Source of the DNA: an archaeon GW2011_AR20
Lineage (GTDB): Archaea; Nanobdellota; Nanobdellia; SCGC-AAA011-G17; GW2011-AR20
Length of the DNA stretch: 64,000 nt
Assembly (NCBI GenBank): GCA_000830315.1
Contig: CP010426.1
Span: 135,156 to 199,155 of the forward strand
Direction: 5' to 3'
Shown piece by piece: positions 27,114 to 36,543 of the stretch (its first letter is position 1; every line of letters begins with the position of its first letter). A program made the position numbers and the translations under genes. The notes below the pieces were generated by a model. It was given only the letters and a program-made list of their open reading frames with translations. It made no database searches and was not told the origin of the DNA.

Positions 27114-28328
27114 TTATTTATCAATCTCTTTAATCATTTTTGCTAACAAATCAAGTATCTCTGGTTTCTTTTCAATTAAATTGTTCATCTGCTCATCTAT
27201 CTTTATCCTTTTATTTTCTAAACTTAGAGCAACTCTTAAATTTAATGGCTTGCCACAGTTGTTACAATAATCATTAGTTGGTGCATTAACCGCTTTACAA
27301 ATACATACTACTGATTGCAATTGACTTTCTTTAACCTTTAATTCTTGTTTGCCAAAACCTTTTCTATAACTATTATCTGCTTCCTTCGGATTGAGGAATG
27401 TATAACTTGAAACAGTTTGTCTTTTAGTCCAACCATATCTCATCATTAACAATGAATCACTCATAAAGCTGCTTGAAGATGTTGCACTAAATCTTCTGAA
27501 AGCATGGGGATTAACAGCTTTTTTTAAATTTATTTTTTTAGCTATTTTATGTAACATCATATTTACTGAGCTATGACTGAGCTGTCCATAATGATTTCTT
27601 TTATCTAAACTAATAAACAAATGAGCTTTTGGATCATCTTTAAGTGGATGATGATTTAGCCATGTACTTAAATATGGAACTGAAGGAATTAATAGAACTC
27701 TTCTCCCTCCAGTCTTACCAGTTTCAACCATTAGTTGGATTAAACCATCATCTGTATAAGAAATATTAGATATATGTACGTTAACTAATTCACCTACTCT
27801 AACTCCAGAATCAGCTAAGATAGAAATCATAGCTTTATTTCTGACAGAACTTGTAACATTTAACATAGCTAATATATCTTCTTCTGTTAAAATTTCGCTA
27901 GGAGCTCTTTTCTTAGTTTCTCTTCTTATTGTTATATCCTGGACTTCCTTAGGATATTTTTTGTCATTACCTTTAAGCCATTTGTAGAATAATCTTAATA
28001 TAGCTAGATCTTCTCCTTTGCTATTAGTACTTAAATTAGAATTATTAATCTGTATTACTAAAGTTTCTATATCTTTTTTATTTACCTTATCTAAATCCTT
28101 GTTTAATTTTAAAACCATTAACCTTAGCCTATTAAAGTACTTTAGTATCCTTACATCACTTAAACCTTTAAACTTCTTGTATTCTGTAAATTCAATAATA
28201 AGCTCTTTATTTTTCTTGGAGATTGCTTTATTCTCTGTTAATAATACTAATTCTCTATTTGTTTTAGAATGTACTTTATACAAGATTTCAGCTGCATCTA
28301 TTACTATTTCATTTTCCATAAACTTCAT
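27114..28328 (-). CDS. int: Tyrosine recombinase/integrase (full length, adjacent to tRNA)
   Basis: 404 aa; catalytic region 'RVGELVNVHISNI' (box I Arg), 'HAFRRFSATS' (H-x-x-R), 'MRYGW...Y' ; C-terminal Zn ribbon 'CICK...CNNCGK'. Confidence 0.85.
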   Translation of the reverse strand: MKFMENEIVIDAAEILYKVHSKTNRELVLLTENKAISKKNKELIIEFTEYKKFKGLSDVRILKYFNRLRLMVLKLNKDLDKVNKKDIETLVIQINNSNLSTNSKGEDLAILRLFYKWLKGNDKKYPKEVQDITIRRETKKRAPSEILTEEDILAMLNVTSSVRNKAMISILADSGVRVGELVNVHISNISYTDDGLIQLMVETGKTGGRRVLLIPSVPYLSTWLNHHPLKDDPKAHLFISLDKRNHYGQLSHSSVNMMLHKIAKKINLKKAVNPHAFRRFSATSSSSFMSDSLLMMRYGWTKRQTVSSYTFLNPKEADNSYRKGFGKQELKVKESQLQSVVCICKAVNAPTNDYCNNCGKPLNLRVALSLENKRIKIDEQMNNLIEKKPEILDLLAKMIKEIDK

Positions 28329-28386
28329 TTTAAGCTCCTTATGCTTTTATACTTTAACGATACAACACATTAGAATCAGGTTTAAG

Positions 28387-28512
28387 TGTGGGAGACAGGA
28401 TTCGAACCTGTGAAGGCACTAAGCCAATAGGTTTCCTCCAAAATGACCTAAGCTTGGACTTTATTTCTAAAAATAATAAAGCTATCCCGTTTGGCCACTC
28501 CGGCACTCCCAC
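28387..28512 (-). tRNA. Intron-containing tRNA (126 nt), isotype unresolved
   Basis: Minus-strand: acceptor GTGGGAG/CTCCCAC (7 perfect bp), D-region GCCGGAGTGGCCAAACGGG, T-arm ACAGG-TTCGAAT-CCTGT, discriminator A; about 50 nt AT-rich insert (TTTATTATTTTTAGAAATAAAG...) between the D and T regions. Confidence 0.6.
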
Positions 28513-28545
28513 TTAAAATTTAAGAATTAATAATAGTATTTAAGG

Positions 28546-28713
28546 TTATTTTTTCTGCCATGCATAACTTCTTAGTCTTCTTGATCTGCCAAAACCGCAG
28601 CTTGAACAAATTCTTTTTCTAACCCTGTAAGAATGTTTTCCGCACCTTCTGCACCTGCTAACTAATCCTGCTTTGCCTGATTTCTTGCCATGAGAAGCTG
28701 TTCCTTTTGTCAT
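28546..28713 (-). CDS. rpl37e: 50S ribosomal protein L37e
   Basis: Hand translation (55 aa): MTKGTASHGKKSGKAGLVSRCRRCGKHSYRVRKRICSSCGFGRSRRLRSYAWQKK*; C4 Zn ribbon and GT.SFGK-like start typical of L37e. Confidence 0.8.
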   Translation of the reverse strand: MTKGTASHGKKSGKAGLVSRCRRCGKHSYRVRKRICSSCGFGRSRRLRSYAWQKK

Positions 28714-28721
28714 TTTCTATT

Positions 28722-28952
28722 TTATTGCGGTGTAATAAGAATAATCGTATCACCGCGAACAAATGCTGTTCCAATTTTTCTTTTTAATTCCCCATCAACA
28801 TGCTCTTCTGTGTCATACAAAACAACATTAATATGAATGTCAAATGATTTCAAGGTTCCAATTAACTGTTTACCGTTTTTTAATTCCAATAAAACACGCT
28901 TGTTTCTTGCATCATTTAACGCATCTAATGGTCTCTCTGGATTCATACGCAA
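28722..28952 (-). CDS. Sm-like archaeal protein (LSm/SmAP)
   Basis: 76 aa; Sm1 'LIGTLKSFDIHINVVLYD' and Sm2 'VRGDTIILI'; adjacent to L37e as in many archaea. Confidence 0.8.
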   Translation of the reverse strand: MRMNPERPLDALNDARNKRVLLELKNGKQLIGTLKSFDIHINVVLYDTEEHVDGELKRKIGTAFVRGDTIILITPQ

Positions 28953-29023
28953 AAATATAAATAGAATGTTTATAAATTTATGCTTTTCATAATCTTTATA
29001 AACACTTAATTTATTGCAAGACT

Positions 29024-29404
29024 ATGGCAATCTCTCAAGCAAGATCAATAAGAAAAATATCCGGTTCAAGATATAGAAGTTATAGGAAAAAACGTTTGTA
29101 TGAATTGGGGAACTTGCCAAGGTTGACTAAATTAGGGGAGAAAAGATTAAAGTTAATTAAGATAAAATTCGGCAAAGAAAAAAATGCCTTATTACAATCT
29201 GATGTGGCAAATGTTTACAACCCAAAAACCAGGAAATATTCAAAAACAAAGATAATAACCATTGTTGAAAGTTCTGCAAACAGGCATTTTGTAAGGAGAA
29301 ACATAATGACCAAAGGCAGTGTAATCAAGACAGAACTTGGAAATGCGCGCATTACTTCTCGCCCAGGTCAAGAAGGAACGGTCAATGCTGTTTTAATCGA
29401 ATAA
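29024..29404 (+). CDS. rps8e: 30S ribosomal protein S8e
   Basis: 126 aa; basic N-terminus 'SGSRYRSYRKKR', 'TKIITIVESSANRHFVRRNIMTKGSVIKTELG'. Confidence 0.8.
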   Translation: MAISQARSIRKISGSRYRSYRKKRLYELGNLPRLTKLGEKRLKLIKIKFGKEKNALLQSDVANVYNPKTRKYSKTKIITIVESSANRHFVRRNIMTKGSVIKTELGNARITSRPGQEGTVNAVLIE

Positions 29405-30091
29405 TTTTATCAAACTAATTTTATACCAGGAATAAATTAAAGTAAAAATCATTCCAAAGATTAGCAATAAAATATAACTGTTACCCGAGACAATATTCAG
29501 ATAAGCAATAAAGAATATGCTTGTTATGGAAACTGCTAGCAGAGTATATAATAAGTATAAAGGAAAATATTTGTGAATTTTCGTGAATATCAATTTTATT
29601 TCGTTTAACTCTTTAAAATATAAAAAAAATGACAGGTAAGTTGTTAATATTAAAATTATTAATAAGTAAATGTTTGGATTAAAGACCAGCAAGGTAAAAA
29701 ATATAAAACTCGGCAGGCTTGCCAGACTGAATTTTACCAGATAATATTTTTCTTTTTTTAATAAATAAAAGCTGCATCCCTGCAATGAAACATATAAGAT
29801 AAAAATTATTAATGGTACAATTAAGAACATAAAAACATAGGCTTGGTTGGATAGGGAACTAATCTGGTTTAGTAAATTTTGTGCTTCCAAAACATTCTGG
29901 CTCGGATCTAATGCATTTAATTCTGGTCCATAAGTCTGTATGTTTAATAAAACTTGCTGAATTTTTGATCTTGAAACCATTAAAACAAAAATAAATATTA
30001 AAAAATAGCTTAAATCCAGAAAAAATGTTTTTAATAATTTTTGTTTCATGTTATTAATTGGTTGGTAGTCGGTAATGGGTTGTATCCGCAA
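29393..30091 (-). CDS. Polytopic membrane protein, hypothetical
   Basis: 232 aa, about 6 TM helices. Confidence 0.3.
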   Translation of the reverse strand: MRIQPITDYQPINNMKQKLLKTFFLDLSYFLIFIFVLMVSRSKIQQVLLNIQTYGPELNALDPSQNVLEAQNLLNQISSLSNQAYVFMFLIVPLIIFILYVSLQGCSFYLLKKEKYYLVKFSLASLPSFIFFTLLVFNPNIYLLIILILTTYLSFFLYFKELNEIKLIFTKIHKYFPLYLLYTLLAVSITSIFFIAYLNIVSGNSYILLLIFGMIFTLIYSWYKISLIKLFD

Positions 30092-33000
30092 TTTTTTTCT
30101 ATGTTTTGTTGTAGCCAGTAATGGATGGAATCTTCTTCTTTATTATCTCTAGCATAAATAAGCCTAGTTTCATCAAAGTTTGATTCAAAATCAGAACATT
30201 TTAAAGAAATTTCATGTATTTCCTCACTTGAGTATCCTAATGCCTGCTGTTCTATTATTTTAATGCCAAGCTCGTACGAAGCGATTTTTGAAGAAAATTT
30301 ATTTTCTGGTAGAATCCATTTAGTACCATCAAAAACGTATGTCTCATCTTTCTTTAATAAATCTCCCAAAAAATTTCTAAATGATCTTAAAACAAGCTTA
30401 ACTTCTACAGGAAGATTTCCTTTCGCTTCTTCTGGTTTTTGTACTTCTGTTCTTATTTCACCAGTATATTTTCCATTACAAGCATCAATAATTAAACCAT
30501 ACTTTTCTCCAATTGTCTTAAATTCATGTAAATCGTCTGGATTAACTTCTATTCTCTCTCTACCTTTAATTTGCGTATGCACTATTAAGAAATCATTATT
30601 TCTAATGTCAAGGGGTGTTTTCGGACCCAGAAAAATATAATCTCTATTTGCAATAAATGCTAAATAACCGATTCCATCCTGCAAATTCTTGTTTTTTAAA
30701 TTATCACAAATTTCTTTGTAGACCAGATCATATGAATTAAAGAGTTTATCACTACAGGTTTCCTCATTAAGTTCCTTCCACGTAATAAATGGCGCGTGAC
30801 TTGGTTCTTGCAACTGCCATTTTCCATTAATGAACCTATAATAAAAGTTTGACTTTTTTGTCCGACTAGATAATTGATTATTTTCTTCATATTCAACAAT
30901 GCATGAAAACGCTTCTGTTGTAATAGTCTCTTGCTCATTTTCTACTTCAGCTTCCTCTGTTTTTAGTGTACTAAGGTAAGCGCCGGAATATCTTGCAAGG
31001 GAATAATAAACCTGTGCGATTCTTAATCTTGCAGTTGTACTTTTCTCTATGTCTGCTGAAACACTTATTAAATAACGGTAGCTTGAATCATCTTCTGCTG
31101 TTTTTTCATCATCATACTTAATTAAGTTAGTTATTTCATTTATTGTATTTTCATCCAATACATCCTTAAATGTTAATTCATCTAATTTTAATTCCTTATT
31201 TGAAATCTCGGTAATGTTAAGCTTAGCATTTAATTGCAATTTTCCATTAGCAATAAATAATTCATTAAATCTTTTCTCCAATCCATCAAATAAAGTCTTC
31301 AATTTTTCTTGAGGTAATACATTTAATTTTTGGACTTCAAATCCCCTTTCCTCAATGTCTCTTAAAACTTCTTTGCTTGTTGCAATATCCTGTATCTTGA
31401 CTGTCCTCATATCTAGCCAGCATAATCCTAGATCCTGCCCTTGTTCATTCTTGCCGCAGGATCCGACCACATTCCAGTCAGATGGGTTGGTGCCTGTTCC
31501 AGGATTAGTTGGATTACATACCCTGACAATTCCTGTGCTGATTAATCCTTCGTTTGGCAGCGTTGTTCCTATATCAACGACAGGGCTCAATCTTTGTTGC
31601 TCTGGCCTGCAATCTTCAGCTGTATTTATTTGCCTATTAAGCTCGCTTTTAACAAATAAATCATTCACGTAAGACAAGCCAAATCCGGTTGTAATTTTTC
31701 CAAATCCGCATTCTACCCTGTTATTAATTGAAACACAAACTTGGTCATAACCCGATCTTGCGATTATATCACAGGTTTTGTCGATATATCCCCCTACTTT
31801 GATAATATCCCTTTGCTTAAACTGGCTATTGCAGTCTGTAACATACAAATTTCTGCCAAATTTGTCATTTAAAAACACGCTGTACCAAACATCTGAATTT
31901 TCACCGGCATAAATATGATAATAAATCTGGTATCTTGATTGTTCTTCGGCTTGTGACAATAATCCGGGGTCTCTGCCGCCTGCTGTTCTTCCAGCAGAAG
32001 TTGTCCATGGAAATACGTCAAAGAATGCTGTAAATTGCGGTGGCGTATCAGGGGCAGTAAGCTGATCGAAGAATTTGCCCAATCCAGGTGCCTTGCCAAA
32101 TATTGCTGCTTTGCAAATTTGTGTTCCAAATTCCTCTGTACTCCTTGCCTTATACGCAGCAAATGCATTTCTTCCATATTCGCTTGTAAAGAACTTGAAA
32201 GAATCTGCTGCGTTATCAAAACTATCTTTAAATGTTAAATATTCTCCACCGCCTTTGCCATTATTTTCCCCAAATATTGCTTCTGCACCCAAGCTAAATA
32301 CTCCTTTGTTAACATCAAGCAATGCCAATGCTTCTCTCCAGACTAACTCGCACATATAAACACTTCTAACCTTGTCGCAAATCCCGACGCTTTTTTGTTC
32401 AACCTTGGCAACTTGCAAACATTCTGCATAGCCCTGGAATACAGAGCGCCATGCTTTCAATCCAGCTGAAACGCCTGTAACACATACTGGCGGAACAGGT
32501 TGAGACAGACCCCAATTCGGCAATCCTAAAATTAATGATCCGATTAATCCAGTTTCTGCAACGCTTCTTTTTCCTAAAGGCCATCTGCCTCCTAAATTAA
32601 ATCTCGAGCCAGGACATAATACAGGATCACATATGTTAAATAATGTCTGACAGTCTCCAATATCCATGAAATCAGAACATTGTGCTTGTGTCAATGAAGA
32701 TTCTATTTGAGATCTGGCTTTGCTGCAGATCCAATTTCCAACTAATCCGGATATTCTATCGCCTTCATTTCTGCAGATGCCTGCTCTATTTACAGTTGTC
32801 TTGAAATCATTGGCTTTGTTTTGAGTGGATGAATCAGGCAATCTCAAAACATCCTCTGAAGTTAATAAAACATCGTCATTAGTACAAGGCAGGCCGTCTG
32901 GCCCGACGTTCCATTCGGAAATTGTTTTTGGCTGGCCGTTTGCATAATACTCCAAAATTTTTACAAAATTACCGTCTCTGGTTGGAACACAATATGGTTT

Positions 33001-36000
33001 GCCATCCTCATAATACTCAACCTTGGCTCCGGCATCATAGTCTCTTCTAATTCTGTTGCTGCTTAAATCACTATGACCAAGAATAAATTTATCGGCTTTA
33101 AGGTTTCCTTTTTCATCCAAGGCTTGATAAAGGGTTCTCCCATCATCTAATCTCACGACTTCTTCATCTTTTAATATCTTCAAAGCGTCAAGTTGCTTTT
33201 GTAACTTTGTTCTTGCCTCGGTATTTTGTTCAGAACTTAATTTACCTTCAAGATAATTTTTATAGTTCAGCTTGTTGGCTTCTGTTAGATTAATCTGCCT
33301 TCCGTCATTTTCATAATAATATAAATAAGTTCGTTCCTCTCCCCTAACATCTTTATACCTTCCAAGGAAAATTGCACTTGTCTTCTCAACAGCAACTATA
33401 TCAACTGCTTTCCTGTCGAAGATTTCCTTATACTTTGTCTCAAATACTTTTATTAATTCATCCTGACTTATTCCCGAATTGCTTTTAATAACTTCAGCAA
33501 GATATTCATAAGCTTCGTTAACGGCTTTCTTTTTATTATCTATAAACTTGGCACGTGTTTCTCTTTCCAGTTCTAGTTTATCGATGTTATTTTTTTCAAT
33601 CGAATAAGCAACTTCATCTTTTTTAGAATCATAGTCGCCTAATCTTTTTTTAGCATCTTCTAATTCTTTTTCTATTAATCTAAGTCTCATCGCTTCATCT
33701 TTATTTACAATGTCGGCATTATCCGGAGTTTTATACTTGCTATAATCGTTTTTGTAGAAATCCTGATTTTCATAATCTTCTGATTCTTTCTTAAACTCTT
33801 TTAAATTAGTTTCTGTATCCTCTATTTGTGTATTTATTATATTGCGATTTTCAAATATGCAGCTGTCATAATTCACATATGTTTTTTTAGCACCGCTATT
33901 TGCCTTGCAATATTGCTTCCATCCGCTTTCTCCATCAATTCCGTTAAGTGTAAGCTGTCTTGCGCGTGCATGTATTGGTCCTTGCAGCAAATTTTTTACA
34001 GTTAATAATCCAAAGACGCCATAACAGGTAGCCGTCCATATTCTTATTGTATTGTCTAATTTCGCGACTATTTTATCAATGTCATTAATTATTTTTCTTG
34101 TTTCATTAATTTGATGGTCTATTTGCTGCGGGGATAAACTAAACGGCCTTTTTTCTATTGGGATGTGAACTTTAAAATCACTTCTAGAAACAGCCTTGCC
34201 GCTTCCGGGCAATATTGTAACATATGCCTCTTGCTTTGTGTCTATTTGTGTAACCTGCACCTCATATTTTATATCTTTAAACACATCAAAATCAACCTGC
34301 CTTATATCTTTTAAATTTAGGTTGAATGTTATCCCAAATCTATCGTTGTATTTTTGCCTTATTGTAACCCTTGTATCTGCAATGCTTTCAACAACCCAGT
34401 CATAAGCTTCATTGTTTTTATCACGTGCATTTCTGATTAAAACATCATCTTTTTTTAGTTCTCTTATAGGATCATTTCCAACTCTTATTGATGCTGTTGC
34501 CCTGTCTCTTGTCTCGACTCTTGTTACTTTTTCCAAACTAACATAAGCATCCTCATCTTCCAAATAAATCTCTTCAGATCTTTCATTTCTGTTAAGCTTA
34601 TCCTGCAAATTATCGATTATTAACAATGCATTTTCATAATAAGAATTCCCTGGATTTATTTTTCCATATTCATTTATGGCTTTAGAATAATCTCCTAATT
34701 CCTCATAATTTTTGCCAAGATAAAAATAAACTTCATCCATATTCTCTGCATTTGGGTCACTTTCTACAATTCTATTTAACTCATTTATTGAAGTGCAGTG
34801 TAATTTCTTTTTATCGGGATTTAATTGTGCTAAATCATCTGTTTGATAAACCTCATCTTCTTTACATTCTATTGAAGAAACTGTTTCTGTTAAAGTGGCT
34901 TGACCTCCATTTAATTTTATTGCATTGTAGAAATTAAGTATATTATTGGCGAAATTAAAATCGACGGGCCCTATATTTGTTGTAATTATGTTTTTCATAT
35001 TTTGATTGTTATTTAAAAAGTTTTGATATTCTATCCAAGTTTTTCTTTGCCCAACAAAACTATATAATCCGTCAAAGTTTTTTGTGCCTGTAAATAAACC
35101 ATCTCCGCCGTTATAAGAAGCCAATCCTAAATCTACTGCTCCATGCTCTTTTATTCTATCTGCTAAGTACTTCGTTCCAAGCTCAATATTAATTTCTGGT
35201 TTCTCTATCTCTTCTATAGTCAATTGTTCTGGAGATTTGTAATTAAGTGATTTTGCAACTCCTCTTGCTGTACTTTGAAGCAGTTGCATTAAACCTATCG
35301 CGTTGCTGGATGATCGGGCTGTCGAGTCTCCATTTGATTCATACCAGATTACTGACCTAATTAAATCTTCATCCACATTAAATCTTTGGGCATTTTTCTT
35401 AATTATTTCATCATAAGTTTTTATTTTATCTAGGTAAGTGTTAAATGAATTTGCTGTTGTTGATCTTCCGATAATTTTATCAAGATAAAATTCGATGCTT
35501 TTGCTAAAATCAATTGATGTTCCAGTCAGGGGTGCTTCTGAAGCAAATATTGATCTTAAATTTTTAATGTTTCCCTCATTATTTCTTATAACAACTTCAT
35601 TAACATAATCTTTATTTCCGATTGCAACGGACTCTTTAATTTCAATTATCCTCAAATCAGAACCAGGATAAATTCTATCCCCCACACCCACAATTCTCTT
35701 ATCAAGATTATTATCGCGGATAATTTTCAGGGTTATCTTGTCTTCGGGCGTTTTGGTTCCTCGAAATTCAACCCTAAAATAATCATAGAGGAAAAATCCG
35801 CTTCTCAAATTAATGGGTCCTTTAATATCTCCAGTTTTGCTGAAAAACATTGTCCCGATGTTGTTCAATCTTGTATCATAAAGAGATAAGCTTACTTGAT
35901 TTTCATCTATTTTTGATGCCCTGATATAACCTTTTCCGCCCCAGAATTTTTGCTGTCTGCTTCTATCTTGTTTCCAAGCCTGTTCATCTGGTTCCTCTAC

Positions 36001-36543
36001 TAAAACTAGGTCTTCCAAGCCAAACTCTCCAAATCCCGATTCTAAGTCAAACCTGATATCCGCTGTTAAATTAAGAACAATATTATCTGGAACCTTTGTT
36101 TCCTGAGGAACTCTTTTCAACATTATAATTAAATAACCCAAATCAGTAAACCCATCTTGCGATAAGAAATTTCTTCTTTGCGGGGGGATGTATTGAATAA
36201 CTGCCTGTCTCGAACTTTCTGCATCTGCTAATCTAATGCTTACAATTCTTATTGGCGGCGTACCATACAAAGGTGAAATTTGAGGGCTTTCTTCCCCAGC
36301 AATCAAACTTCCTAACGTGACTCCTTTTAAAAAAGCATAAACGGGAGTATTCTGATTTTCCAGAACAGATGCAGGAACTATAGTTGGTTCGATTCCATCA
36401 ACATTTATCACAATTGCTTGTCCGACTTCTTCTTCAAAACCAGAGGTAAACGGGTTGGTTGATTCTCCAGGGGTTTGTGCAATTGTTATAGGACTGGTTA
36501 TTATAATTAAAATGCACAATATTGCAATAATTTTTGTTTTCAT
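30046..36543 (-). CDS. Giant secreted/surface protein (2165 aa) with a lytic transglycosylase (SLT) domain and Cys-rich modules
   Basis: N-terminal signal peptide 'MKTKIIAILCILIIITSPITIAQ'; SLT signature 'IWYESNGDSTARSSSNAIGLMQLLQSTA' (E-S...GLMQ) around nt 35150-35400; Cys-rich segment in the C-terminal third. Confidence 0.7.
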   Translation of the reverse strand: MKTKIIAILCILIIITSPITIAQTPGESTNPFTSGFEEEVGQAIVINVDGIEPTIVPASVLENQNTPVYAFLKGVTLGSLIAGEESPQISPLYGTPPIRIVSIRLADAESSRQAVIQYIPPQRRNFLSQDGFTDLGYLIIMLKRVPQETKVPDNIVLNLTADIRFDLESGFGEFGLEDLVLVEEPDEQAWKQDRSRQQKFWGGKGYIRASKIDENQVSLSLYDTRLNNIGTMFFSKTGDIKGPINLRSGFFLYDYFRVEFRGTKTPEDKITLKIIRDNNLDKRIVGVGDRIYPGSDLRIIEIKESVAIGNKDYVNEVVIRNNEGNIKNLRSIFASEAPLTGTSIDFSKSIEFYLDKIIGRSTTANSFNTYLDKIKTYDEIIKKNAQRFNVDEDLIRSVIWYESNGDSTARSSSNAIGLMQLLQSTARGVAKSLNYKSPEQLTIEEIEKPEINIELGTKYLADRIKEHGAVDLGLASYNGGDGLFTGTKNFDGLYSFVGQRKTWIEYQNFLNNNQNMKNIITTNIGPVDFNFANNILNFYNAIKLNGGQATLTETVSSIECKEDEVYQTDDLAQLNPDKKKLHCTSINELNRIVESDPNAENMDEVYFYLGKNYEELGDYSKAINEYGKINPGNSYYENALLIIDNLQDKLNRNERSEEIYLEDEDAYVSLEKVTRVETRDRATASIRVGNDPIRELKKDDVLIRNARDKNNEAYDWVVESIADTRVTIRQKYNDRFGITFNLNLKDIRQVDFDVFKDIKYEVQVTQIDTKQEAYVTILPGSGKAVSRSDFKVHIPIEKRPFSLSPQQIDHQINETRKIINDIDKIVAKLDNTIRIWTATCYGVFGLLTVKNLLQGPIHARARQLTLNGIDGESGWKQYCKANSGAKKTYVNYDSCIFENRNIINTQIEDTETNLKEFKKESEDYENQDFYKNDYSKYKTPDNADIVNKDEAMRLRLIEKELEDAKKRLGDYDSKKDEVAYSIEKNNIDKLELERETRAKFIDNKKKAVNEAYEYLAEVIKSNSGISQDELIKVFETKYKEIFDRKAVDIVAVEKTSAIFLGRYKDVRGEERTYLYYYENDGRQINLTEANKLNYKNYLEGKLSSEQNTEARTKLQKQLDALKILKDEEVVRLDDGRTLYQALDEKGNLKADKFILGHSDLSSNRIRRDYDAGAKVEYYEDGKPYCVPTRDGNFVKILEYYANGQPKTISEWNVGPDGLPCTNDDVLLTSEDVLRLPDSSTQNKANDFKTTVNRAGICRNEGDRISGLVGNWICSKARSQIESSLTQAQCSDFMDIGDCQTLFNICDPVLCPGSRFNLGGRWPLGKRSVAETGLIGSLILGLPNWGLSQPVPPVCVTGVSAGLKAWRSVFQGYAECLQVAKVEQKSVGICDKVRSVYMCELVWREALALLDVNKGVFSLGAEAIFGENNGKGGGEYLTFKDSFDNAADSFKFFTSEYGRNAFAAYKARSTEEFGTQICKAAIFGKAPGLGKFFDQLTAPDTPPQFTAFFDVFPWTTSAGRTAGGRDPGLLSQAEEQSRYQIYYHIYAGENSDVWYSVFLNDKFGRNLYVTDCNSQFKQRDIIKVGGYIDKTCDIIARSGYDQVCVSINNRVECGFGKITTGFGLSYVNDLFVKSELNRQINTAEDCRPEQQRLSPVVDIGTTLPNEGLISTGIVRVCNPTNPGTGTNPSDWNVVGSCGKNEQGQDLGLCWLDMRTVKIQDIATSKEVLRDIEERGFEVQKLNVLPQEKLKTLFDGLEKRFNELFIANGKLQLNAKLNITEISNKELKLDELTFKDVLDENTINEITNLIKYDDEKTAEDDSSYRYLISVSADIEKSTTARLRIAQVYYSLARYSGAYLSTLKTEEAEVENEQETITTEAFSCIVEYEENNQLSSRTKKSNFYYRFINGKWQLQEPSHAPFITWKELNEETCSDKLFNSYDLVYKEICDNLKNKNLQDGIGYLAFIANRDYIFLGPKTPLDIRNNDFLIVHTQIKGRERIEVNPDDLHEFKTIGEKYGLIIDACNGKYTGEIRTEVQKPEEAKGNLPVEVKLVLRSFRNFLGDLLKKDETYVFDGTKWILPENKFSSKIASYELGIKIIEQQALGYSSEEIHEISLKCSDFESNFDETRLIYARDNKEEDSIHYWLQQNIEKNCGYNPLPTTNQLIT

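Larger units (their letters stand above)
10529..28512. mobile_element. Putative integrated element / defence island (possibly composite, with a nested Fic remnant 10529-11750)
   Basis: int next to the tRNA 3' end; distal repeats A/B share GTGTGGGAGACA with the tRNA 3' end (28386-28397); cargo = RM, GmrSD-like, Cas4-like, TIR-like, Fic, RadC, RHH. Confidence 0.4.

Noticed and set aside
28387-28512. Interpreting the long tRNA as a split tRNA half or pseudogene
   Set aside because: Both acceptor strands are present and perfectly complementary in one locus with an intact T-arm; an intron-containing gene is the simpler reading, though the isotype is unresolved
31355-34937. Multiple 60-116-aa ORFs on both strands inside 30046..36543
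   Set aside because: Embedded in or antisense to the 2165-aa gene, which has continuous coding signal and a recognisable SLT domain
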